Positions 58,761 through 64,000 of a stretch of 64,000 nucleotides of DNA are shown one piece after another. This DNA is from the human T2T-CHM13v2.0 reference genome, Homo sapiens, in NCBI RefSeq assembly GCF_009914755.1, contig NC_060935.1. One strand, written 5' to 3'. The notes beneath the pieces were generated by a model. The model was not told where the DNA came from, did no database searches, and worked only from the letters and a program-made list of their open reading frames with translations. How positions within the stretch are numbered: the stretch's first letter is position 1; every line of letters starts with the position of its first letter. A program made the position numbers and the translations under genes.

Positions 58761-61589
58761 CCCCGAGGAGGTTATTGTGACTATTAATTAGCATAGCACC
58801 TGTAAAACACTTAACACAGCACCTGGCACAGATTAGGAGCCCAATATTCCTTCTTTCTCTCTATCCTCCTCCTTTAAAATCTATTATTCAACATTGCCAA
58901 GGAACTATTCTCTGGTTAGTCCAAGCTCTACATTTGTTGAGCACCTACTATATGTCAAGCACTACACTGCATACTGGCAATGCAAAAATCAAAAGGTTTA
59001 CAATCTCTGCCCTTGAGATATTTGATGTTTGTGTAAATTGATTGTATGTTCCTTAATCAAATAGCTATATTCCAAATTATCCTAGAATATTTCTTGTTCT
59101 TTACATACCAATCTTGACTCTACCACGCACTTTTATTATAAGAACTACATAGTTTCCTGAATTTGATGCATTTTTGCTTATCTTCACATCTTTGCACATG
59201 TTACGTCTTCTGCTCAGAAATGACCTCCACCTGGATATACTTCAAGTCTTTCTCAGAAGCTTTCTTGAAACTTGCATGAATTTTGAAGAGCCTCTCTACT
59301 TTCATGACAATCTATGTGATTTTTTGTCTCAGAAGTCACTTGGTGGGTTGGAGACAAAGATGTCAGTTTTATGTTTAACTTCTTTATAAAACAGAAACCA
59401 ACCTGAGGGCAAGGATTTTTAAATTATTCATCTTTGTGTTTCTATGCTTAGCAAAGTGTTCAATGAATAGTTGGTGATCAATAATTGTAAAATGCATAAT
59501 TGAGTGAAATGATGAATAGTCTGGCTGTGACCGAGATTGAAAAAGAGAACAGATGACCAGTATTCTCCAGCACACTAAGCAGGTTTTGTCAGTTCATTTG
59601 TCTAGAACAGCCCCCATAGCTTTCTGCACACGGCCAGGTCTCTCTGACAAGAACATTTGGTTTCCAAATTACATATTGCACAGCATGAATCCTTCCTTTC
59701 CTGCAACTGCCTGTTAATTATAGTGCCACTTTTGCTCTGTCTTTGTCTCAATCTCCTAATCTCTGAGATATAATAGCTGATTTACTTAGGATTTTCTGAG
59801 CTTTATAAACAAATTCTGCAACCCCTCCCCACATACATCTTCTTGTAAAAACAACAAAGAAAACAAGAAACGTCTGTTCAGAGTTCAAAAGTAAAGGGAA
59901 ATATAAGATCAATACAAAATTATTTGAGACTGAAAAAATACTCCCCTTTGTTCCTTTTTTTGTTGTTTTTATTCACATGTAATTGTAAAAACCAACCTGC
60001 TTTAGAGAGTAGCTGTGGAAATGCTGGGGAGCTGTCACTGGAGATTAGCAGCATCTCCAAGCTCTTGAAGCTGACAGCTCCTAGAAGCCAACTGAGAGAT
60101 TCAGCTGAAGAGTTCATTTGATCACACCGGCAGAAATGCCTAGGAAATGTTTCTGCTCTTCATGTGAAAACTTTGAAGAGTTCAAGTTCTTCCTTAGGTT
60201 ATAATATTTAGCAAGTATTCTAACAATCCCTCTGTCATTCTCTATTTTTTCAGAAGAGATACCTGGCCCATCTTATTCATTTGTGTCCCCAGTACCTAAC
60301 AGAACTTGACAAATTAAGTGTTCACATACATACTCAAAAGCTCAGGCAAGGGGATATGACTGAGAAAGGGAAGAAGGAAAAGGCAGACGAACGGAGAGAG
60401 GGAGAGAAAGTTACAGAGATAGCTGTGAAAGGGGAGAAAAGGAAAAGTGGAGGAAAAGAGGGAGGAAAGAAGAACAAGAGAAAGGGAAAATGGAGAATAA
60501 GTTCCTCTACTTTTTTCTCATAATTTTTACAAGAGACAGCATCTTAAAATAAATATAAAACACCTCCAAAATATTCATAGTTACTGTGAGAGCAAAGCCC
60601 CTCTCCAGGCAGTTGTTGACTCTTAGAGCCACTGAGGTACAATAGAGACACATTCCAGATGTATCATGTTTGCTTTACCTGCCTCTTGCCTTGGTCTACC
60701 TAAGAAGGATTTCAGGCTCAAGTAATGAGTGATATTCTTCAACCCTTTCCCTTACTGACCCATCAAGAAATCCTTAACGCCACCCAAGACCATCATCTAT
60801 TTAGCCTCAGCAGATCCAGTGGTTTCCTAATAGCCTCTAGGGTAGGGGAAAGACTGCAGGAGCCTATGTCTGAGTAAATAACTCAGAAGGGGCAACAGAA
60901 TCTTGTAGAAACCATTTGGGACATTTCTCCACCCCTGTTTTCATCCTGAGGTTAGGTTTGGGGTAGCTCTTTTTTGCTACTATGACTCCTCCTTTGATCT
61001 AATTTTCAATCCAACTCTCTTTTGCTTTAGAATTTGCTGTGCTCTTAACTGCAAGTCCTTCATTTTCTCAACATTTTTAAACATCATGAGAATTTAAATG
61101 TAATTTGTTATGTGACAAAAACAGTAACTCTTGATTGTAGGAACTTAACTATAAAAAATTTAAAAATAAATGCATGATCTTATCTATTAAATAGAGCCAC
61201 TGATAGTATGTTAGTCTTTAATGTGCATTGACACATATATTTGTTGTCTTAAGAATAAGATGATACTGTACATAGTTTCTAATCTGCTTTTTCTATCTGA
61301 ATAACACATTATAACAATTTTCTTTCATTAAAAATTCACCTCAATATTATTCTGATGGCATAACTCTTTATGTTCCAGCAATTCCTTGTAAGGAAACAGG
61401 GAGTGAAGAAAGCTCTGGAACTCTAGCAGTCAGCCTCACTGTTCACTTCAGCCTGCACTCACTGTTCCTGTTTTTCCTAGCATAGCATAGCAGCCAGTCA
61501 GAAGTATCACCTGAGCATTTGTTTGGTTTGTCTGTTTCAGGAAATATGACGCCAATTCTATGAACTTGGTCTGGGTGATTCTTAAATGC

Positions 61590-61592
<3 letters not shown>

Positions 61593-61672
<80 letters not shown>
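61593..61672. repeat. Compound (TC)22(AC)18 microsatellite
   Basis: Directly visible. Confidence 0.97.
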
Positions 61673-61677
<5 letters not shown>

Positions 61678-62399
61678 CCACGTTTTGTTTCTACTGTGAG
61701 CCATCCCCACAGAGTATCAGTGTAGAAAAATTGCTGTTTGAATGGTAAACAAGGCTACCAAAAGTAATGGCAGGGAGTACATTGCAAATAATTCACTAGA
61801 TTATGTGTGCTCCTTATGGAGCAGAGACTCTATCTTTTCCATTTTTATTTCTCTCAGGCTTAGACCAGTAATTAGCCCATAAAAAAAAATCTAATCCATT
61901 AAGAAATGTTTATCTAATGAATGAATGAATAACTGAGAGAATGGACATAAACCATAATTAAGAAGACTGGTCATAAGATAATAAAATTTTCTGACCCTAT
62001 CACATTATTTTGGGAAAAATGAACTGTGCTATAGAGAAAATGATTTAAGATTTAGACAAGAAAATTCATCTTAAAACACACAATAGCAATACAATGTCAC
62101 TAAATCCTCTGTTTTCTGTCAAATTGTCACAACAATAAAGTGTCCTTATAGAGATGTTGCAGTGATCAAATGAGATGACAGTGTAGGGAACCAGGGAAAC
62201 TTGGAACTTCAAAATGTCCTAGGATCTCAGCACCAAGACGATATTACAATAGGCCATACTTCACTACCACTCCCCTGCCCAATACATACACATAAAAAGA
62301 CAACAGTAACAATACAACAAAATAAATATCTTCACTGAAAAGAAAGTTTTAAAATGGGTGGCAAGGAATACGGGTACCAGCTGGTGCTATTTCAGGTAA

Positions 62400-62630
62400 C
62401 ATGAAATAGTAGAAAAAATGATGGATTTAGGAGACAGACCTAGGCACAAATTTTGGTTCTGCCTCTTCTTAGCTGTATAACTTTGGACAAGTTGTTTAAC
62501 TTCTCTGGCATAGTTTTTTCTTTGGTAAAATTTTTATAACAACTGATGCTTCCTGGGATTATTATGAGAACTAAATAAAAGGATGAGAAGTCCCTAACAT
62601 AATATATATTCAATAAATGTCATTTCACTT
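62400..62630 (+). mobile_element. MIR
   Basis: ttagctgtataactttggacaagttgtttaacttctctg...ttcaataaatg. Confidence 0.75.
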
Positions 62631-64000
62631 GCTTTTCCTCACTGCCACACCCCAGGCTTTGCCTGAACCAGTGAGAGGAAGATGTTATTTATACTAAACA
62701 GTTTTGCCTAAGGCCTTGCCCACCATCAGACCTGAATACCAAACTGCCAAATGGAAGTTTGCTGTGTTGAAATACTTATACCAGACTTCAAACATAGAAC
62801 TCAGAGGTTATTCTATCAAAAGCTTAGCACTTGTCAACAAGAACAGCAGAGACTCCAGAACTCTTTTCAGTCTTGCTTTTTTTTTTTCCAAGACAGAAGC
62901 AGACAAATCCTCATTGATCATTCTACCGAGGTAGCTCCAACCCTCCAAAATAATATATTTAAAATCACAGGTTATTTTATCATGTTTGAAGAAAAAAAAA
63001 TTACTGGAAATAAGAATCTTTATTGACTCTTTTAGTTTTAAGGTCAGTTGACCCAGAAAAAGAAGAGTGCTCCGTTTGAGAGTAGAGTGAAACTCTGACT
63101 GAAAAGGAAGAGGCACACTGCAACATGTAAATTTGATCCCATTTTACAAATGGAGCTAAAAGGAGCATTTACCATAGTAAGCTGACAGCCTTTAGTAAAG
63201 TCAGGTTTAAGTTTGAAGAGTTCCAACTTCCACTAAGTGAATCATGTCTAGCAGTGGAGACAGATGATTCAAGCAAATTTCAGACCATTCTTCTAATACG
63301 CTTAAGCCATCCCTGAAGGTAAATGTTAAAACTATTTAATACCTGAAGCTTCAGAATTTGTGGCTTGGGCTTTGCCCTTAGACTTTTTGGTTGCTACTGG
63401 AAATAAGATTATATTTTAAAGTTTCTTCTATCAGAAAAAGCAACACTCCAGAATTTTTACATCCTTTAGTTTTACTGCACGCAAGCTCCTGTCTTTGGGT
63501 AATAAGGGTCTTTCCTATTCACAATAAAAGGACACATTAAATGTATACCTTCTTCATAAGTCAGTAGCTATGAATGACTTTGAGCAATTCCATAGCTTTT
63601 CTTTCTTGAGTAAACTCCTCAGCATCAAATAGGACTCTGCTCCTGAGATGAAAAGAAGAAAGACTGGCTACCCAGAATAATTCAAATAAAATGATGTTTA
63701 TGATCCATGTATATTAATGTAGCCATTTAGAGAAAGTCAGGGCTATTTATAATCATTCTGGACTTTCTCCAATCAATTATTTCCCTGTTTGAAACTCTTT
63801 GGTTGCTCTTATTTTTAGAACAAAGTTCAGACTTCTCAGCATATTATACAAAGCTTTTCTTGATCTGGTCCTTTCCTACCTTTCCCAACAAAATCTGAAA
63901 CTCTCACTTTTTTTCCTGGACATTTCATTTCAGCCACACTTAACTACCAGCCATTACCATGACTTCTCTGTGCTTTTTTCTAACCTGTTTCCTCTTACTG

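Noticed and set aside
60281-60523. 80-aa K/E/G-rich ORF
   Set aside because: Explained by a purine-rich low-complexity stretch

Overview
Primate, almost certainly human, AT-rich and CpG-poor non-coding DNA (intronic or intergenic); two AluYa5 copies point to human. It is dominated by interspersed repeats: about 14 Alus, L1 fragments of several ages, a full-length THE1A MaLR provirus, MER41A, MSTB and MLT1 LTRs, many MIR/L2 relics, MER5 fragments, microsatellites and a 36-nt U2 snRNA pseudogene. I can support no protein-coding gene; the listed ORFs are repeat-derived, low-complexity or chance-length. I did not find a convincing novel biological system. The most interesting signals are small: an AluYa5 inserted at the foot of a perfect 19-bp hairpin, a U2 pseudogene whose target site resembles U2, a perfect 58-bp duplication in an old AluJ, a MER41A whose TSD flanks an extended end, and two candidate minus-strand exons, one with its donor inside a hairpin. 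Subfamily calls come from remembered consensus sequences, and boundaries of old repeats are approximate.
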